A stretch of 64,000 bases of DNA, from assembly GCA_951406725.2 (NCBI GenBank), contig OX597818.1:60450001-60514000 (forward strand). Direction: 5' to 3'. Below are positions 1 through 14,269 of the stretch, in pieces. The notes under the pieces are model-generated. The model searched no databases. It worked only from the letters and a program-made list of their open reading frames with translations, and was not told where the DNA came from. The DNA comes from Octopus vulgaris. Its lineage: Eukaryota. Made by a program: the position numbers and the translations under genes. Positions within the stretch are counted from its first letter, which is position 1. Each line of letters opens with the position of its first letter.

Positions 1-1089
1 TTTGTAACAGACGAAGAAGCTGACTCGCTTAAACTAACGCTGTCACAGGTCGTTTTCGTTTGCTTACAGTTTTTCTGACAGCGATTATTTATAGTCGAAG
101 AATTTCAAACAGTTCTCTGACACCGAACTATTTTCCAATGACCTCTTCATCTTTGTCATTTCTGTCATTTAACTGCAGGACTCGGTTTTTACGTCTAATT
201 GGTGGCAGTGCAAGCTGAGAGGCGTTTATCTACTGTTCAGGACAACGGTTGAAAATATTTGACACTTGAGAATTCACGAAATTATCCGTCGACGAATTTT
301 TTCGTGTTATGCATACGAAGAGTGTAAATTCAATTGAGTGTAACAACACTGTCGCTGTGCTTCAAAAAATATTCGTAATAGCCAAAATGTCAGGTTACTC
401 ACAAGAAAAAATGCTAAAACAAAAACACGGCATTTACATAAAACTGTTAAGAAGTCAGAAAGGGATTCATTTCTCAGGTGTATTAATCTCATAAATTCTA
501 GATTTTCTCGGTTCTTCTGTAAATCATTTTCGAGTAATCGAGTTGCTGGCTGCTGCGGGTATTGAATAACTGCACCACGAATAATACCAATATTGTTTTA
601 CAGTAATCCATAGGAGGGTTGATGCGCAGCGCAGTAAACTAATAAAGTACAAGGTAAGTCAGTGCTGAGATATCTAATGCATGGAGCAGCAAATAACAAA
701 CTAGAAATAGATGTGAAGCGAGAAGTAAACGGTATGAGTTACGTTAGTTTTATATGAGCCCAGAAATGTTCTTCTGTTTCTTCAAAATACCAATTATAGT
801 TATGAATAATGTAACATGTGTTGACTTAACTTTTGGTAAATTCCTTCGTAGAAATAAAACAAAGAATACAATTTATGGTAAAAATAGTTTCTCAGAGTAA
901 CGTAAATCCTGAGATTTTTCAGTAGAAGAAACACCACACCATGTATGACAAAAACAAACAGTCTGATCATGGCTGATGTTCCTTTGACTTTTGGTCTCCT
1001 GTCTCAGACCAGATCTAGATCCGAGGCTAGTAAAAGCGTGTGTCGTAGTGGTTAGGGTATTCGCTAACGATTGAATGACCTGTCAATCG

Positions 1090-1582
1090 AAGAATTTGGA
1101 CTCGGAACGCAAAGAGCAGGAAGAACTGCTGCTGCGAAGCATTTGTTTTCCGACGCGCTAACAATTCTGCTGAGTTTCAGCCTTAATAATAACCCTTTCT
1201 AATTAGACACAAAGCCTGAAATTTGCGGGACGAGGACTAGTCGATTATATCGACCTCAGTGTTTCACTGGAACTTATTACATCGATCCCGAAAGGATGAA
1301 AGGCAAAGTGGACTTGGGCAGAATTTGAACTCAGGACGTAATGGCAGATGAAATACCTATTTCTTTACTACCCACAAGGAGCTACACACAGATGGGACAA
1401 ACAAGGACAGACAAACAGATTAAGTTGATTACATCGACCCCAGTGCGTAACTGGTACTTAATTTATCGACCCCGAAAGGTTGAAAGGCAAAGTCAACCTC
1501 GGCGGAATTTGAACGTAACGGCAGACGAAATACGGCTAAGCATTTCGCCCGGCAAGCTAACGTTTTTGCCAGCTCACCGACT
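1090..1582 (-). mobile_element. SINE family A (tRNA-like head plus conserved central domain), partial copy plus dimer
   Basis: Reverse complement of the recurring unit tggcagaaacgttagc...gagttcaaattccgccgaggtcgactttgcctttcatcctttcggggtcgataaattaagtaccag, with a B-box-like GAGTTCAAATTCC; more than 20 copies of the unit in the window. Confidence 0.8.
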
Positions 1583-1980
1583 TTATAGTAAAGATAATGA
1601 TAACTGCTTCAAATGTTACTACAAAGTCTGCAATTGGGTTTGAGACTAGAACTTGACTGGTAATTTCTATATTGTTCCTTTCCTTTTTGATATTTCAAAT
1701 TTTTCAATTTCGTTGCCTTTCATCTCGTTATGCAATATGGTCAGAAGACTGTGACACAGATGGGAACAAAACTGTTTTTTTGTGTGTGTATGTCAGGACA
1801 TGAAGAAATGGAAGGAATAGGGTTATGGTTGAAAGAATACATGTTGGAATTTCTTCAGGATGGCAAATATTTTGTTATGGTCATTATTTTAGTCAATTAC
1901 TAATTCTGACGAATTTAATGTTGATATTGATGTTGCTGTTACTGTTGAGCGAAGCTGTCTTCGTCCCAGAGCTCGCAAGA

Positions 1981-2297
1981 TGGGAGAAGTCCGAATCGTG
2001 GTTCTTTGCTATTCGTAAGACCCGCAGAAGAGAAAGCAGGTCAACCCCCGATACCGAGAGCATCGACGGATGGATGAATGCGCATCCAGACTCAGCGGTT
2101 GCGTAGGAAGTCGGGGACAAGAAACAGGAAGAAAGAGTGAGAGAAACTTGGGGCGAAAGAGTACAACAGGGGTCGCCAACACCCCCTGCCGGAACCACGT
2201 GGAGCTTTAAGTGTTTTCGCTCAATAAACACACACAACGCCCGGTCTGGGAATCGAAACCGCAATCCTCCGACCGCGAATCCGCTGCCCTAACCACT
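1981..2297 (-). mobile_element. tRNA-Arg-like SINE family C, tail type i
   Basis: Minus strand reads cagtggttagggcagcggattcgcggtcgg...ggtttcgattcccagaccgggcgttg: pol III A/B boxes and a TCG anticodon-like loop; body shared with 4090, 17869, 30406 and 34138. Confidence 0.8.
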
Positions 2298-3204
2298 GTA
2301 ATGTTGATGTTCTTGGTGCTATGCTGTTGTTATTTACAGTTTCTACTGTAGTTGAGGGCATTATGGCTGCTGTGGTTTTTCTTTTTTGTCATTGTTGATA
2401 TTGGTTCAGCTGTTGTAGTTGCAGATCTCTTTTCTCCGGTGCTTTTGCTGTTGTTACTGCTTCCTTGTTGCTCACTTTTGTTGTAGTTGTCGTTGTGAAT
2501 GTGTGAGCAGCGGTGGAACCCTTCTCCTCCATTTCCAGTTTTGGCTGTATGGGTAGAACTCTCTGAGATTGTCATGTGTTCCACAGACATGGCATCACAA
2601 TCGTTTGTCAACTCCATTTAGCAAGGTGCCGAGGTTTGGGATCTGTTCAGGCGTTCAACGCTTTATATGGAGAAGCTTCACTCGAGTAGACTCAACCTTA
2701 TTCACAACACCCATTCTCTTCACATCCAGTGACGCTTCACTCCCCTCCAACACTATACATGCCAATAACAACCAGTGATCTAGCACAAGTGGGACTCACG
2801 GTACTAACATTAATTCTCTTTTTCTAATCTCAGTGGCGAAATCGCTGACACAGACGAACACTGAATATTGTACTACGATGTCTATAGTCTTAAATAGGAC
2901 TTCGACCTACCGAACTGTTTCATCATAAATATATTTTAGATGTCCTACCTACATCGTGGAGAGCCCTTTCTACTTGTGCGTTCGTGGCCATCTTCAGGCA
3001 ACGAGTTGTTAACTTATGCATCAAAATGTAACAGTCTCTCAAGTAGTTGCAATTAGAATTTCAGATGAGGGTGTTAGCTCTTCCCTCCTCCTTTCAATTA
3101 TTTAAATTAAAGAGTGCTTTCTCATTTCTCTAACTTATCTTGATTGAAGACACAGTCAAAATTTTATTTGGAGACTATCTCAGCAAAAAAAAAAGATAGA
3201 TAGA

Positions 3205-3800
3205 TATTATTATCGACCACAGTGTGTAACTGGTACTTATTTCATCGACCCTGAAAAGAAGAAAGGCAAAGATGACCTAGGCGGAATTTGAACTGACAAC
3301 GTAAAGCGGTGGAAGAAATATGCTAAGCGTTCGGCCCCGCTGCATTTAGCACCTAATTCAGGCACAATGCCCGCGTTTTTAAGAAGGGCGAAATTGATTA
3401 ACACTATCATGCCCTTTACTTGGTTGGTATTTATTGTATGAACACAACAGGGTTGAAAGACAAAACTGGCTTCGGCTGGGTTTGAACTCAGAATATAAAG
3501 AGCCTGAATTATAATAATAGTGTCGGGTTAAGACATAGGACCAGCAGAGGGATGATAGTCGATACCATCAGCCTCAGTAATACTTTATTTTATCATCCCC
3601 GGAGTTATAGAAGACAATGCTGACTTTGACTGGTTTCGAACCCCGGATGTAAAGGGACGCAAGAAATAATGGAATACAGCAAAGCATAATTCTCGATGCT
3701 TTAACGATTCTGCCAGTCTGTGGCCTTTAATAAAAATAGTATTTCTAATTTAGGCATAGAACCAGCAATGTGGATGTTGAGTGGGAGGTTTTCTTCACCG
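3205..3800 (-). mobile_element. Cluster of decayed SINE family A copies
   Basis: Degenerate matches to ctggtacttatttcatcgaccc...aaggcaaag...gcggaatttgaact at about 3230, 3420 and 3580. Confidence 0.6.
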
Positions 3801-4089
3801 ACATTGAATTGAAATGGTGAAAGGTCGTTGTCCTCAACGGCCAAACACAATGGATTAAAGCAACACAATGGATTAAACTAAACCCAGTTTTTATATTCTA
3901 TTTGTATTGTCTACACAAAAGAAAAATATAATTTCGCAGTGATTTGAGCTAAAAAAAAATTGAATAAATAATATAGACGTAACTCAGTAACGATACATAG
4001 TACTTTACATTTTCATTTTTTGGAATCATGCCCTACTTTCTATAACTCAATTACTTTTCTTTTTATAATCTTTTCTATTCTTTTTATCG

Positions 4090-4516
4090 TGGAGCGCAGT
4101 GGCCCATTGGTTCGGGCAGCGGACTCGCGATTTCGATTCCCTGACCGGGCACTGTGAGTATTTATTAAGCGAAAACACCTAAAGCTCCTCGAGGAGTCTA
4201 ATCATATATATCATAACCCCGATGTTTCAACTCAAAACAATTATTATAGGAAGTTAAGACGTGTGGCGAAAGAGTAGAGGCTCTATACTTTCACTACAAC
4301 CTTCTCTCACTCTTTCTTCCTGTTTCTGTTGTACCTGAATTTCAAAGGGCCAGCCCTGTCACACTCTGTGTCACGCTGAATCTCCCCCGAGAACTACGTT
4401 AAGGGTACAGGTGCCTTTGGAGTGCTCAGCCACTTGCACGTTAATTTCACAAGCAGCCTGTTCCGTTGATTGGATCGACTGACATCTTCGTTGTTGTAAC
4501 CGATGGAGTACCACGA
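4090..4516 (+). mobile_element. tRNA-Arg-like SINE family C, tail type ii
   Basis: Head ggagcgcagtggcccattggttcgggcagcggactcgcg; tail caaagggccagccctgtcacactctgtgtcacgctgaatctc shared with 49505-49800 and 62030-62620. Confidence 0.75.
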
Positions 4517-4777
4517 TTCATTTATCGTTTAACTGTTTCAGTCATTGGACTACGACCATGCTGGAGTACAGCTTTGAAAGATTTTAGTCGAATAGAGTCT
4601 AACCAGTATTCGCTTTTCAAGGCTGGCACTTATTCAGTCGGTCGCCTTTGCCGAACCGGTAAGTTAGGAGGGCATAAACAAAGACGGTTGACAAGTAATG
4701 CGGGGACTGACAAAACACAAACATACACAAATACACACACGCAGATATATATATAAATGTATGTATATATGTATATG

Positions 4778-4834
<57 letters not shown>

Positions 4835-4838
<4 letters not shown>

Positions 4839-5309
4839 AAAAAATGAAGTTCGAAAATGCTGCTATATTATACAATTTTTAATTTTTATATATACATTAT
4901 AACATGTTTCAGTTCCTGAAATGAACCTTATCAAAAAAAGTTATATATAAAAAAAGATAGTTCATGCTATCAATCACAAGAAATTCATTTATAATACACA
5001 ACGGTGTCAGACATCATAAAGTTCATATATATAGTTTGAAGTGAGTTCGTTCATGCTATATGTTTAAAGTGCATGATGCAGCGGTTCACGGTGGTGACAT
5101 GCATCCAATACAAAAAACAGATCAAAGCGGCGATATGTAGTCAATACAAAAAACTGATGTTCCTGAAAGAGAGAGGATTCATTTTTACCTTGAGCAATTG
5201 TGGTGTTCGCTGGATGATTCTGGCGAATCTTGTGAATTGTTCAGGTTTTATAACACTGGTCAGTCCAGCGTAACGTGACGTCATCAACGTTTTGACCAAT
5301 TGTTTCGTT

Positions 5310-5312
<3 letters not shown>
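4835..5312 (-). mobile_element. Non-autonomous Penelope-like element in (TA)n, HHR-bearing
   Basis: Unique segment flanked by (TA)n on both sides; contains an HHR motif at 4899-4934. Confidence 0.55.
4899..4934 (-). ncRNA. Hammerhead-like motif, U3-A8 core variant
   Basis: UUGAUAA-GGUUC auuucag GAACU-GAAA-CAUG (palindromic stem III)-UUA; stem I not clean. Confidence 0.6.
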
Positions 5313-5383
<71 letters not shown>

Positions 5384-5529
5384 ATATGTATATATATATA
5401 TATATATCTGTGTGTGTGTTTGTGTGTAAGTGTGTGTGTGTGTGTTTGTGTATGAGTGTGTGTGTGTGACGGGCTTCTTTCTGTTTCTGCCAACTAGAGC
5501 CACTCACAAGACTAGCAATTTTAGGAGAG

Positions 5530-5705
5530 GATATAAATCGATTACCTCGACCCCAGTGTTCCACTGGTACTTGTTTTGTTCCCCCTCACCGAAAGGACGA
5601 CGGCCAAAGTCGACCTTGTCGGAATTTCAGCTCAGGCTGTAAAGACCGACAAAATGCCACAACATTTTGCTCGTTGCATTAACGGTTCTGCCAACACGCC
5701 GCTTT
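5530..5705 (-). mobile_element. SINE family A copy
   Basis: Diverged match to the family A unit. Confidence 0.7.
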
Positions 5706-5715
5706 GTCTTTCTTT

Positions 5716-5930
5716 TCTTTATTCTTTTACTTGTTTCAGTCATTTGACTGCGGCCATGCAGGAGCAACGCCTTTAGTCGAGCAAATCGACCCCAGACACT
5801 TATTCTTTGTATAAGCCTAGTACTTATTCTATCGGTCTCTTTTGCCGAACCCGCTAAGTTACAGGGACGTAAACACACCAGCATCGGTTATCAAGCGATG
5901 TTGGGGGGACAAACACAGACACACAAACAT

Positions 5931-5971
<41 letters not shown>

Positions 5972-6142
5972 CATATACGACGGCCTTCTTTCAGTTTCCG
6001 CCTACCAAATCCACTCACAAGGCTTTGGTCGGCCCGAGGCTATATTAGAAGACACTTGCCCAAGGTGCCACGCAGTGGGTCTGAACCCGGAAACATGCGG
6101 TTGGTAAGCAAGCTACTTACCACACAGCCACTCCTGCGTCTA
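5716..6142 (-). mobile_element. SINE family B, near full length (tRNA-like head, CORE-like accttgggcaagt, internal (TA)/(TG) tract)
   Basis: Minus strand reads gcaggagtggctgtgtggtaagtagcttgcttaccaacc...gggttcagacccactgcgtggcaccttgggcaagtgtc; tail catggccgcagtcaaatgactgaaacaagtaaaagaataaaag. Confidence 0.85.
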
Positions 6143-6470
6143 TTGAAAAAAATATTGATTTTTTTTTTTGTTTAATAGCAGCAAAACAAATTTTCATAAA
6201 TAAAAAACGAAAATAGTCCAAATTAAATTGACCCCCTCCCCCAGTATATCGTGGTGACTATTTTATCGACTTCGATGGAAATAAAATTTCTACCTTAGAA
6301 TTCTATCATCAAGAGTTAAACCTAGCTGCAGTCAGAAATTTAAAATGGCGATCTCCCAATTTCATCACAAACTAATCATTGTGATTATAATGTTGCTGAT
6401 TGGTGCAATATTTCAAATATTCCATTGTTTCTTGTTATTGTTGTTGCTGCTGCTATTGCTGATGTTGCTT

Positions 6471-6504
<34 letters not shown>

Positions 6505-6589
6505 GATCATTATAGTAGTACTTATTGTTATGTTCGTTGTTTTAAGTTGATCAAGCGCTGATTTGTGCTTTGTCACATCCCTCACAGGT

Positions 6590-6738
6590 ATGTATATATA
6601 TGTATATATATATATATATACATATACACACACATATATATATATACCTATATATATATATATATGTGTGTGTGCATGTATAGTGTATGTATGTATATAT
6701 ATGTATATATATGTGTGTGTGTGCATGTATAGTGTATG

Positions 6739-6780
<42 letters not shown>

Positions 6781-6980
6781 TATGTATCTATTATGTATAC
6801 ATATATTTGTATGTATGCGTATATTCATATACATATGTGTATATGTATACACACACAGAGGCATACACACCCTCAATCACAAATGATATAAAGATACCTA
6901 CATATGTATACATATATGCACACATACATATGCATTTATACGTGTATATATATATATATATAAATACATATGCATGTGTT

Positions 6981-7014
<34 letters not shown>

Positions 7015-7091
7015 AACACATGCATATGTATTTATACGTATATCAGTATGTATATATGTATATATATATATTTATTTTGGCTATGCATATG

Positions 7092-7126
<35 letters not shown>

Positions 7127-7132
7127 TGTATT

Positions 7133-7193
<61 letters not shown>

Positions 7194-7240
7194 GTATATG
7201 TATAAATATATGTGTGTGTATATATATATGTGCATATGTT
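6590..7240. repeat. Compound (TA)/(TG)/(TATG) microsatellite
   Basis: Direct reading. Confidence 0.95.
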
Positions 7241-7884
7241 TAAAAAGATTAAATAATTAAATAAATAAATCAAAAGATTTAAATAGAATAAAAGGAAACA
7301 ACACCGCTATTATTTATTGGCAAAAGATCAAAGAACAGTTATTGAATACATAACGACTGGTTGTATATTACACATTCAGATGATACAAAACATTAGCGCG
7401 TCTTTTTATATTAGTATTCAAAATGGCGTAGTATTTTCCAATTCTCGTCTCAGGCAACCGCTCTCTTTCATTAAAATCATTGAAACACATTAATCTATCA
7501 TTAGACGATGACTAAACGGCACAACGCCTAACTTGCAACACGATCTTTTCGTGTTTATATCCTGTCGTAATTTATATTTTTACATCCTTTTAACGCCGCT
7601 ATTATATCGAATCATTTTCACTAAAGTTTCAACAGAAACGCAGCTCCCGTCCACCACAGAGACTGTGATGCCCCTACGTACCCCTTTCCCACCCGCCACA
7701 CTTGCTAATGGGCCAGGGGTAGGGCTTACATTATTTAATGTCTAGTGTCTCGTGTCTTACATTGTTGAAGTCGATTCTTTACCTCTTTTCTTTCAAAGAA
7801 ATGAGGCCGCTCACGTACGTTATAAATATGTATTTTCTCACCATTATATACGTTTGTGTATGTGTAGGTGTGTGCGTGGGTGTA

Positions 7885-7924
<40 letters not shown>

Positions 7925-7999
7925 GTTAATTTGTATGTATTTTAAAGTAAGTTTGAGAGCAATAACGAAATCAGAGTGAAATTTATTGATGGATGATTA

Positions 8000-8520
<521 letters not shown>

Positions 8521-9264
8521 TTGACGGCATAAGAATTGCGAAATTTCGAGAGACCGTGAAATAAGTCATTTTGGCAACGGTGAAACTCGATGTAGATTTT
8601 TTTGTATCGAATGGAGTTTTTTAAACAAACATTTACACACAATTATTTATAGCCTCATTTGCTTCAAGTTTCACTGGTCTCAACAAAAATATGTATAAAT
8701 GCATACGCATGCGCGTGTGTGCGTGCGCGCGTTAAGCCTTTCAAACAAAAAGGCTGTTAATAACTTCATACGTTCGGTTTGCTCATCATCATCACTTTGA
8801 AAAGGGAGAACAATCCGAAACGTCAAAGGCACTATCAAACTTTTCTTTGTAAGCCTTTGATAAATATGAAATTTATTAAAAAAAGTTTTGAGGATTCTTT
8901 CATCTAAAAGTATAATCCTTTTATTTTTTATACTTAAAAACTAACCTTAATATGTATATGTGTGAGTGTGTGTATGTGTGTGTGTGTTTGTGTGTACAAA
9001 CTGATTGTTACCTACTTATAAACCCACACGCAATTATGCGAACACAGCACACATGTTGCTTAGTTCGATAAACTGATTTCTAACATGGCGCGAAACCACA
9101 TTTTCGAGGGATCCTGTAGTCGATGTAATCGATACTAAAAAAACAATTGATTCCAAATCCTAATCGTCAAGTGCAGAAAGTGCAGTACAGTGTCCGGGTT
9201 TTGGCACCGGGTACTGAGTGGACATGCATAGGCACGAACTCATTGGCACTTTATAAATGGTGGC

Positions 9265-9670
9265 GAGCTGGCAGAAACGTTAGCACGCCGGGCGAAATGT
9301 GTAGCGGTATTTCGTCTGCCGTTACGTTCTGGGTTCAAATTCCGCCGAGGTCGACTTTGCCTTTCATCCTTTCAGGTTCGATTAAATAAGTATCCGTTAC
9401 GCACTGGGGTCGATATAATCGACTTAATCCCTTTGTCTGTCCTTGTTTGTCCCCTCTGTTTTTAGCCCCTTGTGGGTAGTAAAGAAATAGGTGTATCGTC
9501 TGCCGATACGTTCTGAGTTCAAATTCCGCCGAGGTCAACTTTGCCTTTCATCATTCAGGGTCGATTAAATAAGTACCAGTTACGCACTGGGTCGATGTAA
9601 TCGACTTAATCCCTTTGTCTGTCCTTGTTTGTCCCCTCTATGTTTAGCTCCTTGTGGTCAGTAAAGAAAC
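9265..9670 (+). mobile_element. SINE family A head-to-tail dimer with 12-bp TSD
   Basis: Direct repeat ataaatggtggc at 9253-9264 and 9671-9682 flanks two units of about 184 bp. Confidence 0.85.
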
Positions 9671-9767
9671 ATAAATGGTGGCTTTCATACTTCGGCGTTA
9701 GTATTGCTTTCTGTCAGGCTGTCGCTTATGTGTATATTGTAGACCAGTCCGCTTGCGATAGTCTGTA

Positions 9768-10645
9768 TGTGGTTTGATCAATTAGTATCCAGACTGTTGT
9801 CATAGTAACGAAGCTAAAGCACGTAGAGTTAAGCAGCTTGCCACAGTTTGACCTTCAGCTCTACTGTACATAAGGAATAAGTCTTAACGGTCTAGCTCAC
9901 TCCCGCTGTTTATAGCAGTACTTGGAAGGAAGGTGTGTAGCATTGTGATCCTCGCATTGACCATGACAGAGAAAGTTGAGCAGAGAATCTGCTTTAAATC
10001 TTGCCAAAAGCTTGGCGGTACCTGATAAAAGGCCTACGCCAATTTTTACAAAAGTTTTCATCTTTCTCAACACAATCAAGAAGATCTTGTGCAACTAAAA
10101 ACCGAGTGTCTATTTTAGTCAGCTGAAAGCAGTTTTGACACAAACTTGGCAGACACGCGTCTCATAACCAAACCTTCAGTGATAATGGACTGAACTGAAC
10201 CCTAACTCATCTGTAAATCCTCTGATAACTCAGAGATGGTGATTCGACGATTTCCCCTCACAGCTTCACACACATCTGCGATACTTTACTCAGTTCTGCT
10301 GGTTGCAGGTCTCCCAGAACGATGGTCAACATCGACATTTGTTCGGCGATATTGGAAACGTCTGAACTCCTCGTATACCTTTGTGCGGCACATACACTCC
10401 TCTCCATACACTTTTTGCAACTTTACGCAGTCTTCTGATAGTCAATGCGACGATCACACGCTACACACGCTACACACGTTCCTTCCAAGCGCTGCTGTAA
10501 ACAGGAGAAATTATCTAGAATATTAAAACCTTGTGCGCATGCACAATAGAGTTCAAGGTCAATCTGTGTCAAGCGGCTTTACTCTGCATGCTTTAGCTTC
10601 GTTACTATGACAGTTCTCCTGATACGTCTTATGCTCATAGACGGT
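9768..10645. mobile_element. Mariner-derived fold-back element (decayed transposase N-terminus)
   Basis: Plus strand from about 9963 reads MTEKVEQRICFKSCQKLG; minus strand 10060-10420 reads LQKVYGEEC..RSGRPATSRT..RRITISELSEDL..MRRVSAKFVSKLL (mariner HTH and linker); 9785-9965 is inverted at 10435-10625; TA followed by a TIR-like start at 9766. Confidence 0.85.
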
Positions 10646-11020
10646 AAGCTGTTAGACTCTTTGGCAGGTCAAAGAAAATGCTTGATAACATTCCGCATGT
10701 CTTTACGTTCTTAGTTCAAACTCATCGAAGTTGGCGTTGTCTTTCATCATTTCGGGGTGAAATAAGTACCATTGAGTCGTGGAAACAATAATCGACTGCA
10801 CCCCAGCCGAAATTGCTGGCCTTGTGTCAGAATTTGAAACCATTATTATCATCATCATCATCATTATTATAATTAGTATGGTGGCTATCTGACAAAATCG
10901 TTAGCGCACCGGATGAAATTGCCTAGCGGTCTTTCTGCTGCCGCTTTGTGTTCAAAGTTGAAATTTCGCCAAAGTCGACTTTACCTTTCACCATCGTTGT
11001 TGTTATTATTATTTTTATTA

Positions 11021-11114
<94 letters not shown>

Positions 11115-11121
11115 CATTTAC

Positions 11122-11506
<385 letters not shown>

Positions 11507-11594
11507 ATTATTAATATTATTATTATTATTATTATTATTATTTATTATTATTATTATTATTATTTTTTATTATTAATATTATTATTATTATTAA

Positions 11595-11635
<41 letters not shown>

Positions 11636-11645
11636 ATTATTATTA

Positions 11646-11708
<63 letters not shown>

Positions 11709-11709
<1 letters not shown>

Positions 11710-12336
11710 AGACGTCGCACAGTATACAATATCGTGAGGTTGTTGATTGAAGATATATTGTGTCTACCAGGGGTTTGTACTGTTTGTCAAGTCACAACAA
11801 GGACCTCAGACAGACAGTAGTTTACGCAATATGCATGCAGTTCCAAGAAATGCCGACTTTTGCAATACAAAAGATTGTAGGGTATTTTTTTAGATTTTTT
11901 TTTTTGTTTCAGATTGGGTGGAATCGAAACCCAATGCTCCAATGACAAATAGGGATAACCTTTATGTTTGACTCTCGGAGCTGCCGCATCTTATCAGGTC
12001 TCGATATTTAACAACATTATCTCTTTCTTTCATGATGATACGTTGATATCCTGGAACTACCACGACAATTATTAGGCACTCTTGTTCGTCTCTCCTAAAG
12101 ATTACTAAATCTGGCCTTCGGTGCTCTAACACTTTGTCTTTCTGGAAGACAAAGTCCCAGAGGATTTTTGCCTTCCCCTTTTCATCTATTACGTTTTCCG
12201 GTGTATGTTGGTACCAAGTATCCGTAACCTCATATCCATACTCACGGCATAGTAGCCAGTGGAGGCTTCGGGCTCCTTTGTCGTGTCTACGCTTGTAATC
12301 CTTCTGTGCAAGACTTTCACAAGCACTCACAATGAG
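11709..12336 (-). mobile_element. R4/Dong-like retrotransposon 3' fragment, family 2 (RLE domain)
   Basis: HIVSACESLAQKDYKRRHD..ILWDF..RRPDLV..; C-terminus VLQKSAFLGTACILRKLLSV*; frameshifted; 3' end joins (TAA)n. Confidence 0.9.
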
Positions 12337-12343
12337 TCTTCTT

Positions 12344-12460
<117 letters not shown>

Positions 12461-12484
12461 ATAATAATAATAATAATAATAATG

Positions 12485-12524
<40 letters not shown>

Positions 12525-12540
12525 TGATGATGATTACAAG

Positions 12541-12740
12541 TCGGTGAACTGGCAGAGTCTTTAGCACGTTGGAAGAAATGCTTAGCGGTATTTTGTCCAT
12601 CTTCCCGTTCAAAGTTCAAATTCCACCGAAGTCGACTTTGCCTTTCATCCTTTCGGCGTCTTTAAAATAAGTTACCAGTTGTAATCGACTAATCCCCTTC
12701 CCCCAAATTGGTGCAATTGTGGAAAAATTTGAAACCATTA
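12541..12740 (+). mobile_element. SINE family A copy
   Basis: ctggcagagtctttagcacg...aagttcaaattccaccgaagtcgactttgcctttcatcc. Confidence 0.75.
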
Positions 12741-12741
12741 T

Positions 12742-12809
<68 letters not shown>

Positions 12810-12823
12810 TTATTATTATTATT

Positions 12824-13543
12824 GCCTTTGCTCAGATTCTAACGCTGGAGATGTACTACAGTGTCAGTTGTTCACTACCAGTGAACTAAGGTAACACCTC
12901 TTATCTTCCGAGCACCTTCCGAAGTATTCGAGCGGTTCCAAACAGTACTGTTTTCTGCAAGTGCTCCACCCTTATTGCAGCCCCTGTTTGTTCCGTGTAC
13001 TTCTCGAGATTTTTTCCCAGTGTTCCCAGGACTCCGACAATTATTTGTACTACTGCTACCTTTTTCATCGACCACAACTGCTTAACTTCCCAAGCTAACC
13101 TGTCATATCTCTCGACTTTTCTTTCTTCCTTATCTCATACCTTGTCGGCTGGGCGTGCTATATCTATGATCCAGCATAGTTTGTTTTCTTTCTCAATCAA
13201 CACTATGCCTGGCTTCTTATTATCCATCTCATGGTCGCACTGAATCATAAAATCCCATAGGATCTTTGCATTTCTATTTTCGACGATGCCTTCAGTTTTG
13301 TGGTCGTACCAATTTTTTGCTCTGTCAAGTCCATACTTGTTGCAAAGTGTCCAATGGACAAGCCTGGCTATATTGTCGTGGCGTCTCTTATATTCCTTCT
13401 GGGCCATTGGCGTACATTGGCTGGTAATATGCCATACGGTTTTACCGTTTTGTCAATAGATTCTGCCTTTATCACTTTCTGCTGTGTTGTCTATTCTGTA
13501 TTTTATGTAGTTTGTTCTTAGTGCTTGCTTTTGGGCAGCTGTG
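12824..13543 (-). mobile_element. R4/Dong-like retrotransposon 3' fragment, family 3 (zinc knuckle plus RLE)
   Basis: AAQKQALRTNYIKYRID..TVWHITSQCTPMAQKEYKRRHDN..ILWDF..KKPGIV..IDIA; C-terminus LQKTVLFGTARILRKVLGR*; (TAA)n on both sides; contains stops. Confidence 0.9.
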
Positions 13544-13603
<60 letters not shown>

Positions 13604-14122
13604 GAGTGAGAGAGCAGTGCATGCTCATCATGACTACCCGTCTGATAAGGGTACACTTGGCAAGGCATCACAACCATATGTGCGCGACATGGTGATCTCA
13701 TATCAAAATAAACAGTACATGACCTTGCAGGTTGGGCCCAGTCAGAATTTTCTTCTGGTCGAGTAGCCCATCCCGCTCAAAAGATATCGGAATAAGGTTT
13801 CGTTTAAGGATGTTGAACAAAACTCCCATGTTTCCATAGGTGAATTATTCAAACCCCAAAGAATCCCTCTCAACACATGGCTATGATGCTTCCCCACAAC
13901 TTCTGCTCGTGGTCAGAGATGCACATATCGTCAGCCACTAAGGAACATGGTCAACTGGGTAAGGTCAAACAACTGACAAGCAAATCTGTGGTATTGAGCA
14001 GAATATTTGCTGTAATCCATCTTTTATACCAAGACAAAACAATGTACATGATAACACTTCCAATCAGTTAAGATCAGAAGACATGAGAGCCACTGCCTGG
14101 TACTGCATCAGGGCGTTTATCA

Positions 14123-14174
<52 letters not shown>

Positions 14175-14269
14175 GATAATTTTAGTCATGATAACACTCC
14201 CAATCAGTTAAGATCAGAGGCCATGAGAACCACTGCCTCGTACTGCATCAGGGCATGAGAATCACTGCC

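Larger units (their letters stand above)
4529..5520 (-). mobile_element. SINE family B split by an insertion in its internal (TA)n tract
   Basis: 3' half at 4529-4745 and 5'-side segment gacgggcttctttctgtttctgcc at 5468-5520, separated by a 4835-5312 insert. Confidence 0.65.

Noticed and set aside
1341-1643. Recurring ORFs with RNWYLIYRPRKDERQSRPRRNLN
   Set aside because: Antisense translation of SINE family A; the recurrence reflects the repeat, not a protein family
14060-14114. Similarity to U2 snRNA (atcagttaagatcaga; gcagtacc)
   Set aside because: The two short matches are on opposite strands and there is no branch-point pairing region or Sm site
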